Assembly: GCA_034422875.1 (NCBI GenBank)
Contig: DAOUJI010000098.1
Span: forward strand, 4,431 to 68,430
DNA: 64,000 nt
Source: Dehalococcoidia bacterium
GTDB taxonomy: Bacteria > Chloroflexota > Dehalococcoidia > Lucifugimonadales > JAGWBF01
Direction of reading: 5' to 3'
Part shown: piece after piece, positions 1 through 8,730 of the stretch
How the letters are laid out: each line of letters begins with the position of its first letter
Position numbering within the stretch: the first letter of the stretch is position 1
Notes under the pieces: model-generated
Told to the model about the DNA's origin: nothing
Seen by the model: only the letters and a program-made list of their open reading frames with translations
The model's database searches: none
Program-made: the position numbers and the translations under genes

Positions 1-64
1 TTCGGTTAGAATACCCGCGCATTCCCCATTGAATAACTCTAAACCGACCATCCGGAGGGACTTG

Positions 65-1258
65 ATGAAGCCGTTAGAAGGAATACGGGTGCTGGACTTG
101 ACCAGAGCGCTGGCCGGCCCCTATTGCTCCATGATGCTGGGTGACTACGGAGCCGACGTGATAAAGATAGAGGTGCCTGGAAGCGGGGACGACACACGTA
201 AGTGGGGGCCTCCATTCATAGAGGACGAAAGCGCCTACTTCCTGTCCATCAACCGGAACAAGCGCAGCCTGACCCTGAACTTCCGGCACGAAGAAGGTCC
301 AAAGATATTCCTGGAACTGGCAAAGAACGCCCACATAGTCGTGGAGAACTTCACCCCCGGCGTAACCAGCAGGCTGGGCATAGACTACGAGACGGTTAAA
401 GCTGTCAACCCCAAGATCGTTTACTGCTCAATATCCGGTTTCGGTCAGACCGGGCCCTATCGCACCAAATCGGCGTATGACCAGGTCATGCAGGGCATCG
501 GCGGCATCATGAGCCTCACCGGCGAGCCGGGAGGAGCGCCCACCAAGATGGGAATAGCCCTCACGGACATCGGAGCTGGCATGATGGGGGCCTACGCCGT
601 CATGACCGCCCTGTTCCACCAATCTCTGCACGGACTGGACGAAGGCCAGTACATCGACGTGTCCATGCTCGATCTCCAGGTAGCGTGGCTGACCTATATG
701 GCAGGCTACTATTTCGCCACAGGTGAGAACCCGGAAAAGGTCGGGGCGGCCCATCCCACCCTGGTACCCTACCAGGCCTTCCAGTGCCAGGGAGGCAAGT
801 TCATCAATATTGCCGTTGGGTCAGACCGCCTCTGGGAACGGTTTTGCAAGGCTATGAACAGGGAAGACCTGTTCGACCATCCTGACTACCGCCAGAACGG
901 CGACAGGGTGAGGAACCGTTCCCAATTAGTGGCCTTGCTCCAGGAAGAGTTCGAGAAACGGCCCGTCGACGAGTGGGTGAAAACGCTGGAAGAGGGCGGA
1001 GTCCCCTGCGGACCCATCAACGAGGTCAGCGATGTATTCACCGACCCGCAAGTCCTGCACCGGGAGATGCTGCAAGAAGCGCCGCATGCCAGCCTCGGAA
1101 CAGTGAAGGTCGCAGGCATACCCATCAAGTTCTCCGACACCCCGGGAAGCGTCGAACGGGGCGCCCCCGTACTCGGTCAGCACAACTCGGAGATACTATC
1201 GGAGTTGGGCTACACCGAGGGTGACGTCGCCCGCCTCAAGGAGGAAGGGGCCATTTAG
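65..1258 (+). CDS. Family III CoA-transferase (CaiB/BaiF-like)
   Basis: ORF 29..1258. The N-terminus GIRVLDLTRALAGPYCSMMLGDYGADVIKIE is typical of family III CoA-transferases. ATG at 65 preceded by GGAGGGA (54-60) is preferred over TTG at 29. Confidence 0.85.
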   Translation: MKPLEGIRVLDLTRALAGPYCSMMLGDYGADVIKIEVPGSGDDTRKWGPPFIEDESAYFLSINRNKRSLTLNFRHEEGPKIFLELAKNAHIVVENFTPGVTSRLGIDYETVKAVNPKIVYCSISGFGQTGPYRTKSAYDQVMQGIGGIMSLTGEPGGAPTKMGIALTDIGAGMMGAYAVMTALFHQSLHGLDEGQYIDVSMLDLQVAWLTYMAGYYFATGENPEKVGAAHPTLVPYQAFQCQGGKFINIAVGSDRLWERFCKAMNREDLFDHPDYRQNGDRVRNRSQLVALLQEEFEKRPVDEWVKTLEEGGVPCGPINEVSDVFTDPQVLHREMLQEAPHASLGTVKVAGIPIKFSDTPGSVERGAPVLGQHNSEILSELGYTEGDVARLKEEGAI

Positions 1259-1303
1259 GGCACCGGAACATTATCCCGAGGGTCAAGGCCTGTTCAGTAT
1301 TAG

Positions 1304-2296
1304 GTGACCGTCCTGTCTGAGACGGCTGTTAGAGAATCCATGACCAACGACAAGACCCGCCGCCAACCAACACCGTTCGCGAACTCATTGAGAAGGCACA
1401 TGGATGAGTGGCGTGAAGACGTTGGCAACCGTCGTCGCTCGTGGGCCAAGTGGACCGACGGCATCTATCACAACTACCGCACTTTAGCGGAGAAGTCTGT
1501 ACGAGCCGACTTTGTGAAGCTCCACGACCATCTGGCCAATACACTAAGTTCCCAGGCGTTCGCGTTCAACCTCTTTCTGCCTTTTCGAGAAGGAAGTAAG
1601 GAGAGATTGTCCGAGCGTTTCAGCCAGATGGTCGGCACTAGGCTGACCATCGACCAAGTACGCTTCGAGTGGGTGCCGCCCGGCGGATTGCTCGGCGAGT
1701 TGGATGGCGAACGTCCCGTCGGCAACGAGACGGCAACAGGGGTCGACGTGGCACTGTGGGGTTGGCTAGAGAACCGCCGCCGCGCCGCGGTCCTGGTAGA
1801 GGTCAAGCTGAGCGAGGGCAAGTTCACACATTGCTGCGGGCGTACCAGCAAAGGAAATCGGCGTAAGGACGTCTGTAACTCTGCGACGCTATTCCTGGAT
1901 GATCCCAACGCCTGTTACCTCCGGAGGCCGTTGAGAAAGAATCGAGACCGACGCTATTGGGAGATATTTTCAGGCAGCCACGGCAGCGTTCGTGATGCCT
2001 TCCCCCACGCTGACCTTGATGGTCCTTGCCCATTCGCTTACGACATGCAGCAACCCATGAGGAACCTCGCCATAGCCCAGGGTCTCGAACAAGAGGACAT
2101 AGTAGAGAATGCTTGGTTCGCACTCTGCGCGCACGACGAAAATCCGGATATCGCCGAGCATTGGGCTAACTGGAAGGGGCTCCTACCCGACCCGTCCATG
2201 GCTCCCTTGATCCCGGCTTCGGAGATCGTTGCTATCGGTGAGGCTGATGGGTTGAAGGACTGGGCCGCTTACATGCGTGCACGATACCGTCTGTAG
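1304..2296 (+). CDS. Hypothetical protein with a PD-(D/E)XK nuclease-like core
   Basis: 330-aa ORF with a GTG start. It contains GVDVAL...AAVLVEVKLSE, giving D at nt 1745-1747 and E-V-K at nt 1799-1807, the D...(D/E)xK pattern of restriction-endonuclease-fold proteins. An LSSQAFAFNLF helix lies upstream. No family name recognised. Confidence 0.55.
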   Translation: MTVLSETAVRESMTNDKTRRQPTPFANSLRRHMDEWREDVGNRRRSWAKWTDGIYHNYRTLAEKSVRADFVKLHDHLANTLSSQAFAFNLFLPFREGSKERLSERFSQMVGTRLTIDQVRFEWVPPGGLLGELDGERPVGNETATGVDVALWGWLENRRRAAVLVEVKLSEGKFTHCCGRTSKGNRRKDVCNSATLFLDDPNACYLRRPLRKNRDRRYWEIFSGSHGSVRDAFPHADLDGPCPFAYDMQQPMRNLAIAQGLEQEDIVENAWFALCAHDENPDIAEHWANWKGLLPDPSMAPLIPASEIVAIGEADGLKDWAAYMRARYRL

Positions 2297-2312
2297 GAGA
2301 ATCACGATAACG

Positions 2313-3263
2313 ATGCCAACGATCTCTTATAAACGCGCTCCCTCTAAGGGGTTGCAGGAGCTCCTGAAGCCAGGAAGGTTCTTGGCACCGCTGGTAGACC
2401 TCAACAAGCGGAAAGTCGGAGGCCACGAACACGACATGCATTTCGGAGTCGGTGACAAGGTTCATGGATATCGTGGCCTGACGAGAGTACTGACCGCTAG
2501 AAGGCTCCAGAATGGGTCTATAAGGATTACTGCCGATAAGAAGTATACTAGCCAGTCATGTGCAGCTAACCTCTTTAGGAAATGGAATACCGATGAGGCT
2601 GGCTTCAAGGGTACTCTAGATGCCTATCTGAATGACGTAGAGGTCAAACCACGATTCACCGAAGGAGAGGGTGCTGTCCAATCGCTATGGTCCCGAGTAA
2701 CGGAGCCATGGACCCCATTTGACCGCGAGGCCGCACTGGGTTTCCAGTCGGAGGCAGATCGGAAGAAGGCGAGGATGCCACCAAGAGTAAAAGACGCCCT
2801 AGATGTCCTCACCTGCCTCTATAAACGCCACACGGAAGCTGGGAAGCGATGGAGTAAGCCCAAAGCGACTGGCACCGAACTCGACCAACTTTCTGTCGAC
2901 GGGAGTGGTCGGCTGGTGCTTCTGGAACTCAAAGATGCGTCCAAACGCACCCACGAAGTCTATTATTCACCGTTCCAACTGTTGCAGTATGTCTGGGAGT
3001 GGCACAACGCGCTTGAAATGGTGCGAGACGACCTGCAGAAGCTGATTTCAGCTCGCGTGGCCGTGGGTCTGACACCTCCCAAAGTTCCCCAGCTCACCGG
3101 AGACATACGGGCCGCGATCGGTTTTGGCCCCGACTGTCGCACTCCTGAGATGAAGTGCCGCTACGACATGGTGCTGAAAATCGTCAACCAACACCTTCCG
3201 CCGGGCATGGCCGACATCGAGACGTGGGAGCATCCAACAACCGGGCCACAACAAGTGGCATGA
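2313..3263 (+). CDS. Hypothetical protein with a second, dissimilar PD-(D/E)XK nuclease-like core
   Basis: ORF 2277..3263. ATG at 2313 with AGGAG at 2295-2299 is preferred. It contains EGEGAVQSLW ... LSVDGSGRLVLLELKDAS, giving D at nt 2898-2900 and E-L-K at nt 2925-2933. It starts 16 nt after the stop of the upstream gene. Confidence 0.55.
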   Translation: MPTISYKRAPSKGLQELLKPGRFLAPLVDLNKRKVGGHEHDMHFGVGDKVHGYRGLTRVLTARRLQNGSIRITADKKYTSQSCAANLFRKWNTDEAGFKGTLDAYLNDVEVKPRFTEGEGAVQSLWSRVTEPWTPFDREAALGFQSEADRKKARMPPRVKDALDVLTCLYKRHTEAGKRWSKPKATGTELDQLSVDGSGRLVLLELKDASKRTHEVYYSPFQLLQYVWEWHNALEMVRDDLQKLISARVAVGLTPPKVPQLTGDIRAAIGFGPDCRTPEMKCRYDMVLKIVNQHLPPGMADIETWEHPTTGPQQVA

Positions 3264-3438
3264 GTACAAAACGTTTCCGGATTATGGCCTGCCCGGGATG
3301 ATAGCGGAAACGAACTTACTCTCGCTATGAAAAGAACCCTGCCCAGAGACCACACCCTATTGTCTGCTTACGTCTCCGCCATTATGATTGGGACGGCTTG
3401 AAGCCACTGGAACTGGATTAGAGGCTGGTAACCGCTTA

Positions 3439-4224
3439 ATGGACCTGGGTCTACTGGACAGGGTTGCTATAGTGGTCAATTCCAGCGATGGAATTGGCCG
3501 AGAAACGGCTCTTTCTCTCGCCCGAGAGGGAGTCAACCTGACCATAGTGTCCGACCACGAAGACGAATTGCGTCATACAGAACGGGAAATCTCAAGGGTC
3601 AGTTCCCAGCACAAGGTGCTGGCCGTACCGGGAGATACGCTCAGTTCCAACGGCGTAAGGCGAATAGTCAGAGGCACACACAACAGGTTTGGACGCATCG
3701 ACATACTGGTCAACAGCATCGGACAACAGCCCACCAAAGCCCCCTCCCTAATGGATGACCAGGAATGGGAGGACTCCCTTCAGCATAATTTCCTGAGCGT
3801 CGTCCGCATGTGCCGCGAGGTCATGCCCTACATGCAACAACAACAATGGGGAAGAATCATCAATCCTCTGTCCGCACCCGTGGGCCGCTCCTTCAAAGGC
3901 CGGGTCCTCTCCATATCCAACCCCACCGCCGTGTTGGGGTATTCCAAGATGCTGGCCGTGGAACTGGCCGCCTACAACATCACCGTGAACTCGGTGATGG
4001 CCGGAATGATAGACATAGAACCGTTAACCCCCTTCTACGAGGAGGCAGCCAACGACCAGGGAGCTTCTCTATCCGAAATCGTGAAGTCAGACATCCCTAT
4101 GCACCGCATGGGGAAGCCTGGCGAGATGGCCGACCTTATAACCTTCCTGGCTTCGGAACGCTCCAGTTACATCACTGGAGCAACGGTCCCGGTAGACGGC
4201 GGAGCCGTCCAGTTCCCCATCTAG
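3439..4224 (+). CDS. Short-chain dehydrogenase/reductase family protein (divergent motifs)
   Basis: ORF 3388..4224; the internal ATG at 3439 gives a normal SDR N-terminus (VAIVVNSSDGIGRE). SDR-like length and C-terminus (YITGATVPVDGG). The canonical TGxxxGIG reads NSSDGIG, and YxxxK is not evident (reads LGYSK). Confidence 0.7.
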   Translation: MDLGLLDRVAIVVNSSDGIGRETALSLAREGVNLTIVSDHEDELRHTEREISRVSSQHKVLAVPGDTLSSNGVRRIVRGTHNRFGRIDILVNSIGQQPTKAPSLMDDQEWEDSLQHNFLSVVRMCREVMPYMQQQQWGRIINPLSAPVGRSFKGRVLSISNPTAVLGYSKMLAVELAAYNITVNSVMAGMIDIEPLTPFYEEAANDQGASLSEIVKSDIPMHRMGKPGEMADLITFLASERSSYITGATVPVDGGAVQFPI

Positions 4225-4243
4225 TCAGACCTGAAGAGGAGCA

Positions 4244-5425
4244 ATGACCACCAACGAAGTCATCAAGGAAGCCCAACGCTTCATGCAGCAATCGTCGCCC
4301 GCTTTAGACGGGTGGCTGATTCACGACTACCACTATTCCAACCCCATCATGTGGCAAGCGCTTGGAGGCCGCATCTCCAACGTCACTCGACCATGTTGGC
4401 TCTATGTTCCGGCGTCGGGCGAACCCGTTTTCATAGTCCACCACGTGGACGCCGGACGGTTCGAGAACCTCCCTTTCCGTAAAGAGGTATTTAGCAACCG
4501 GGAAACCATGCTTGAGTCCCTAGCAACGACTCTCCCTGTCGGGAAGCGGATCGCCATGGAATATTCACCGCTGAGTTCCATCCCCAGAGTTTCCAAGGTG
4601 GACGCCGGAACGATAGAGTTGGTGCGTGATGTGGGAGTGGACGTGACCTCGTCGGCAGACCTGCTCCAACACGCTACTCAACGATGGGGAGACGCTCAAC
4701 TTGCGTCCCACAAACGCTCTGCGGAAAAGCTGGGACGCATCGTGCTGGAGGCCTTCGACCACATCGGTGAGCAGCTTTCCGCTGGCGTAACCGAACACGC
4801 AATTGCTGAATTTATTAGAGGGCGGTTTAGGGACGAAAGCATGCACTCCCCTGACGGCCCCATCGTGGCAGCCAACGGACACGCCGGAGACCCTCACTAC
4901 GAACCTCAACCAGACGGCCCTCCTTTCCAAGAAGGAGACTGGGTCCTGATCGACCTGTGGGCACGGGAGGAATCGAACAACGGTGTCTACGCCGACATCA
5001 CCTGGGTGGCATATATTGGAGACGACCCTCCACAACGCTGCCGGGAAATATTCGACATCGTGGTGGAAGCCCGCGACGCCGCCCTGGAGTTCATTCAGGA
5101 GGCCCACGCCGACGGGCGAACTGTGGAGGGGCGGGACGTGGACTATGTCGCCCGCGAGGTCATAACGGGCTACAACTACGGCGATTATTTCACCCACCGG
5201 CTGGGCCACAGTATCAGTGGCGAGGTGCACGGAGACGCCGTGAACCTGGACGGCTTCGAGACCGACGACTGGCGTACGATAATCCCGGGAATATGCTTCT
5301 CCATAGAGCCGGGCATATACTTGCCCGATTTTGGGATGCGGTCGGAGATAGACGTATACATGTCTGAGGAAGGGCCCGTGCCCACCACCCCCATCCAGCG
5401 CGAAATCGTGCTGATACCGAGCTAG
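4244..5425 (+). CDS. M24 family metallopeptidase (Xaa-Pro aminopeptidase-like)
   Basis: 393 aa. Pita-bread fold metal-ligand motifs HRLGHSISGEVHG and FSIEPGIY...RSEIDV. Confidence 0.85.
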   Translation: MTTNEVIKEAQRFMQQSSPALDGWLIHDYHYSNPIMWQALGGRISNVTRPCWLYVPASGEPVFIVHHVDAGRFENLPFRKEVFSNRETMLESLATTLPVGKRIAMEYSPLSSIPRVSKVDAGTIELVRDVGVDVTSSADLLQHATQRWGDAQLASHKRSAEKLGRIVLEAFDHIGEQLSAGVTEHAIAEFIRGRFRDESMHSPDGPIVAANGHAGDPHYEPQPDGPPFQEGDWVLIDLWAREESNNGVYADITWVAYIGDDPPQRCREIFDIVVEARDAALEFIQEAHADGRTVEGRDVDYVAREVITGYNYGDYFTHRLGHSISGEVHGDAVNLDGFETDDWRTIIPGICFSIEPGIYLPDFGMRSEIDVYMSEEGPVPTTPIQREIVLIPS

Positions 5426-5467
5426 ACCAATCTTGACGGCCTCCGTGTCCGACTCTGGGAGGCAGCA

Positions 5468-5929
5468 TTGAGCAACCGCGCAGAGACAGACCGTGGAGGC
5501 CCCAACTGCGGAACACACTATCTCGTCTCTTGCGTGAGGCTTAAGGCGCCCAACCCAGCGCCAGCCAAAGACCTGTACATTTCCGACTGGTTCCGCAAAG
5601 CCCGGGCATATGTGGAGAAGACGGGCCAGCCGTGGTCCATCCTATCGGCGAAGCACGGACTTCTTCACCCCGATACGGTCTTGGAGCCATATGATAGGAC
5701 TCTAAGGACCATGCCCATCGACCAGCGGCGAGCCTGGGCTCAACGTGTATTAACAGACATTGAGCTCAACCATGGAGGCGTCGAGTCCTTCGTGCTGCTG
5801 ACCAGTCGACGCTATCGAGAATTCCTTGAGCCAGCCCTGCGGGAGAGAGGATTTTCTGTGCAAGTTCCCCTTAAGGGACTGCGGATCGGTCAACAACTGT
5901 CCTGGTTCAAGCGCCAACTCAGCCAATGA
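5468..5929 (+). CDS. Conserved hypothetical protein (DUF6884-like by recollection)
   Basis: 153-aa ORF with a TTG start. YLVSCVRLK...AKDLYISDWFRKARAY...WSILSAKHGLLHPDTVLEPYDRTL resembles the pattern I recall for DUF6884. No function known. The start codon is uncertain. Confidence 0.5.
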   Translation: MSNRAETDRGGPNCGTHYLVSCVRLKAPNPAPAKDLYISDWFRKARAYVEKTGQPWSILSAKHGLLHPDTVLEPYDRTLRTMPIDQRRAWAQRVLTDIELNHGGVESFVLLTSRRYREFLEPALRERGFSVQVPLKGLRIGQQLSWFKRQLSQ

Positions 5930-6083
5930 TCAGCCGCGTCACTGACGCCTGCTGCTCCTACAACCTCCTGGACTAGCTCCGTCGCAGCGTCGGCGGAGCA
6001 GGCAGCAGTGACAAATCGACCTGTACTTTAATGGCTCAACAGTTATAATTGCATAAAGGCCTAGACGGACTCCAGGAGTTGGA

Positions 6084-6326
6084 ATGGTGACCACCGAGGG
6101 CAGAGTGAGCAGGCTGGAGGGAGCCTACGAACAAGTTGACCGCAGGCTAGATGACCTGAACACCCGTCTGACTGATCTAAGCAATCAGGTGGACCGCCGT
6201 TTCGAGGCCATGGACCGGCGATTCGATGTCATTGACCGACGCTTCAACAGCCTGATGGTGATTATCGCAGGCTCATGGATTACGATGATGGCGGCCATCA
6301 TCAGCAGCATTGTTATCAGCAACTGA
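6084..6326 (+). CDS. Small tail-anchored coiled-coil protein
   Basis: 80 aa. The N-terminus is a charged heptad-like region containing three tandem 7-aa repeats (VDRRFEA/MDRRFDV/IDRRFNS). The C-terminal ~22 residues are hydrophobic (LMVIIAGSWITMMAAIISSIVI). A paralog lies at 52328..52552. Confidence 0.6.
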   Translation: MVTTEGRVSRLEGAYEQVDRRLDDLNTRLTDLSNQVDRRFEAMDRRFDVIDRRFNSLMVIIAGSWITMMAAIISSIVISN

Positions 6327-6438
6327 CACCCGGCTCCAACAACACGACGTCATCTAATTTCAACGTGGTGGAACGGTGGATCGGTCGCACTCAAGCGCTG
6401 TAAAGCACCCTAGGCGCGGGAGTGAAGCTGGGCAGACA

Positions 6439-6723
6439 CTAGGTTGAGAATTGGAGTTTAACGCCGCATGCGGCTGAGACTTTTGCGAGGGTGTCGAGTC
6501 TTGGATGCCGTTGGCCTGACAAGGTACGCGACAGGGCCACGCGGTCTAGTTGGGCTTTTGCGGCGAGCATGGATACGCCTCCCTGAGCCATTGCGACATT
6601 ACGAAAAGCTTTCATAAGCAACCGGGGGTCGTCCCCCATTTCTTCAATCGCGGCATTTAAATATGCGGCGATGTCCTCAGGAGTTTTAAGATAATCGCTG
6701 GCCTTATGTTCTCTCACTGGCAT
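6439..6723 (-). CDS. higA: HigA-type antitoxin (addiction module antidote protein, HTH)
   Basis: ORF 6439..6870, trimmed to the ATG at 6723 (MPVREHKASDYLKTPEDIAAYLNAAIEE...LSRTLSGQRHPRLDTLAKVSAACGVKLQF). This matches the antidote family that follows HigB-like killers. It overlaps the toxin stop by 20 nt. Confidence 0.8.
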   Translation of the reverse strand: MPVREHKASDYLKTPEDIAAYLNAAIEEMGDDPRLLMKAFRNVAMAQGGVSMLAAKAQLDRVALSRTLSGQRHPRLDTLAKVSAACGVKLQFST

Positions 6724-7042
6724 TCCGTGTCTCCTGCTTGTATTCATTCCAAAGAGCCTGGGCGTTTCTGATGTCCCGGGCTTGCCCCCTCTTTGTTCCG
6801 CCTCCCAGCAACACCACCAGCGCTCCTCTATCGCGACCATAGTACACGCGGTAGCCGGGTCCAAAGTCAATACGAAGTTCGGAAACGCCTTTCCCTATAC
6901 CCTTATGGTCACCGAAGTCGCCCAACTCAATCCGGTCAATCCTCGTTTGGACACGGGCGCGAACTTGAGAGTTTTGGCGTCGAAACCAACGATCAAAGTA
7001 GTCTCTGCCCTCGTGGGTGACGTAATGAACGACCCGTAACAT
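6704..7042 (-). CDS. higB: HigB-like RelE/ParE-superfamily toxin (addiction module killer protein)
   Basis: 112 aa. ...RIDRIELGDFGDHKGIGKGVSELRIDFGPGYRVYYGRDRGALVVLLGGGTKRGQARDI... is the typical killer-protein pattern. The toxin-first gene order is HigBA-like. Confidence 0.8.
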   Translation of the reverse strand: MLRVVHYVTHEGRDYFDRWFRRQNSQVRARVQTRIDRIELGDFGDHKGIGKGVSELRIDFGPGYRVYYGRDRGALVVLLGGGTKRGQARDIRNAQALWNEYKQETRNASERT

Positions 7043-7048
7043 CAGACA

Positions 7049-7068
7049 GTGTAGCCTAATGGCTACAC
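7049..7068 (-). promoter_or_regulatory. Perfect 8-4-8 palindrome just upstream of higB (candidate TA operator)
   Basis: GTGTAGCC-TAAT-GGCTACAC ends 6 nt before the higB ATG (7042). On the minus strand a TATAGT -10-like hexamer abuts it. Confidence 0.45.
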
Positions 7069-7115
7069 TATATCAAGGATTTGAAATCTATAGGGCTGCG
7101 ATATCCCAGCGTAAC

Positions 7116-8681
7116 CTAGAACACCTGCTCCATGTATTCGCCGATTTCCGACAGGTGGAAGTCGGCCACCGCCACCTCTGGCGCCCACACTATCTGGTCG
7201 GAAGCCCAACGTATCGTGCCCTTGCGTTCCGCCCCAATGCCCAGGATGTTCCTCAGCACGTTGTGGATGTTCTCGTTCATGCGCAGGGTGTTTGGCTTGA
7301 TGGGAGCCGCCAGCTTGCCGTCCTTGATGACGTATGAGTCGCCAATGACCGTACCGCTGAAGTCTCCGGCTCCGATTCCGTTGACGGGATACGTGTACCA
7401 TATCCGCCCTATGTACAGGCCGTCGCCGACTCGTTGAAACAACTCCTCCTGCGAGCAGGGATCGCCGCTCTCAATGATCAGGTTGGTGGGGGTGACTCCT
7501 GGAGACGCATCGAAGTTGCGTCCTCCGCCTCTGCCGCTGCGGAAGCCGTTGCGGGGAGCCAACGCCGCGGCCGCACTCTTGGGGTCCACTCCCAACTTCT
7601 CGCTTCCCTTGGGGTCGTTAAGAAGGCGCTGGGTCTCGTAGTGGTTGGACAGAAGCCCCACGAGGGAACCTCCTTGGATCAGGTCAACCCTTCCTGTGGG
7701 CAGACCTTCGTCGGTGATGGCTTTGCTGGCCGCCAGCCCCGGCGCTGAACCGTCGTCATAGATGCTCAGTGTGTCGTGGGCTACCTGCTGGCCGAACTTC
7801 CCCATGTAGGTTGAGGCCCCGGCGTAGAACATCTCCGCATAGAGGCTCGGCATCAGAATCCACTCTAATATCTCGGTGAGGGTTTGAGGCCCAAGCACTA
7901 CGCGGTAAGCTCCTGTCTCAACCCTCTGGCCATTGACCGAGGCTATGGCGTTGCGGGCCGCGTCGCTTCCAGCTTCTCCAGTCAAGTCGACAAAACGATT
8001 TCCTACGGACCATCCGCTCCCCTTGGCAGCGGCGTCTTCCAGCATGGCAGTGGCGAAAGACATGACCAGCGTGGACTCGTCCGTCTGGACTGTGGGCATG
8101 TGAGTCGAAGCTATGGCCATCCGTTCCTGCAGCATGATGACGTCGCCGCCCAGGATGACTCCCAGGTCTCTGACCCCTTCCGGAGACCCTGCCAGGTTCA
8201 GCAAGTCCTCCGATGTTCCGATGGCCTCCAGAGCGCGCTCCACCGTCTGCCAGCCTGCCGCCACCATCTTTCCGCTGTTGACTCGCATTACCGCTGGATC
8301 ATGGTATTTAGATAACGTGGGAGCCTCTCCCGTGGGCTTGGGCAGGGACACATACTCCCTGTCCACCACAGCGCCCTGACGGGCCTTCTCCAAAGCGTTC
8401 CTCACGCCTTCCAGAGACAGGTCTGTCGGCTCACTCCCGAACCCGGTCTTGGTTCCATCTTCGGTAGGGAACGCCACACGTATCCCAAGGCCATAGGACT
8501 CCAACGACTTGGGCTCCTCCACACCGTTGCTGGGTATGCGGGACGTGTAGTTGAGCCGGACCGTCAGGTTGCCGTTGGCCGAGGCGAACACCTCGGCCTC
8601 CGATACGTCGGGTTGGGCGTTGAGATACTCCAACCCCTCTTTGACCGACTTGCTCAACCGGCTCATAGGCGTTAGGGGCAT
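7116..8681 (-). CDS. pmbA: PmbA/TldE family metallopeptidase partner
   Basis: 521 aa. TldD/PmbA-family length and C-terminal glycine-rich region. It lacks the HExxxH motif and sits immediately downstream of the TldD-like gene. Confidence 0.8.
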   Translation of the reverse strand: MPLTPMSRLSKSVKEGLEYLNAQPDVSEAEVFASANGNLTVRLNYTSRIPSNGVEEPKSLESYGLGIRVAFPTEDGTKTGFGSEPTDLSLEGVRNALEKARQGAVVDREYVSLPKPTGEAPTLSKYHDPAVMRVNSGKMVAAGWQTVERALEAIGTSEDLLNLAGSPEGVRDLGVILGGDVIMLQERMAIASTHMPTVQTDESTLVMSFATAMLEDAAAKGSGWSVGNRFVDLTGEAGSDAARNAIASVNGQRVETGAYRVVLGPQTLTEILEWILMPSLYAEMFYAGASTYMGKFGQQVAHDTLSIYDDGSAPGLAASKAITDEGLPTGRVDLIQGGSLVGLLSNHYETQRLLNDPKGSEKLGVDPKSAAAALAPRNGFRSGRGGGRNFDASPGVTPTNLIIESGDPCSQEELFQRVGDGLYIGRIWYTYPVNGIGAGDFSGTVIGDSYVIKDGKLAAPIKPNTLRMNENIHNVLRNILGIGAERKGTIRWASDQIVWAPEVAVADFHLSEIGEYMEQVF

Positions 8682-8730
8682 ATCACATCTCCCCTTTGGT
8701 ATTGGATGGCCATAAGCTGGGTGGGCAAAC

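Noticed and set aside
4565-5518. 317-aa minus-strand ORF
   Set aside because: It is fully antisense to the M24 peptidase gene, which has clear family motifs. The composition is a typical high-GC shadow ORF.
5941-6015. Long-range imperfect inverted repeat (GTCACTG...CTGCTCC / GGAGCAG...CAGTGAC) after the DUF6884-like gene
   Set aside because: The stems are only 7+7 bp with an internal loop and a ~36-nt apical loop, and no U tract follows. It could be a weak terminator, but the evidence is too thin to call.
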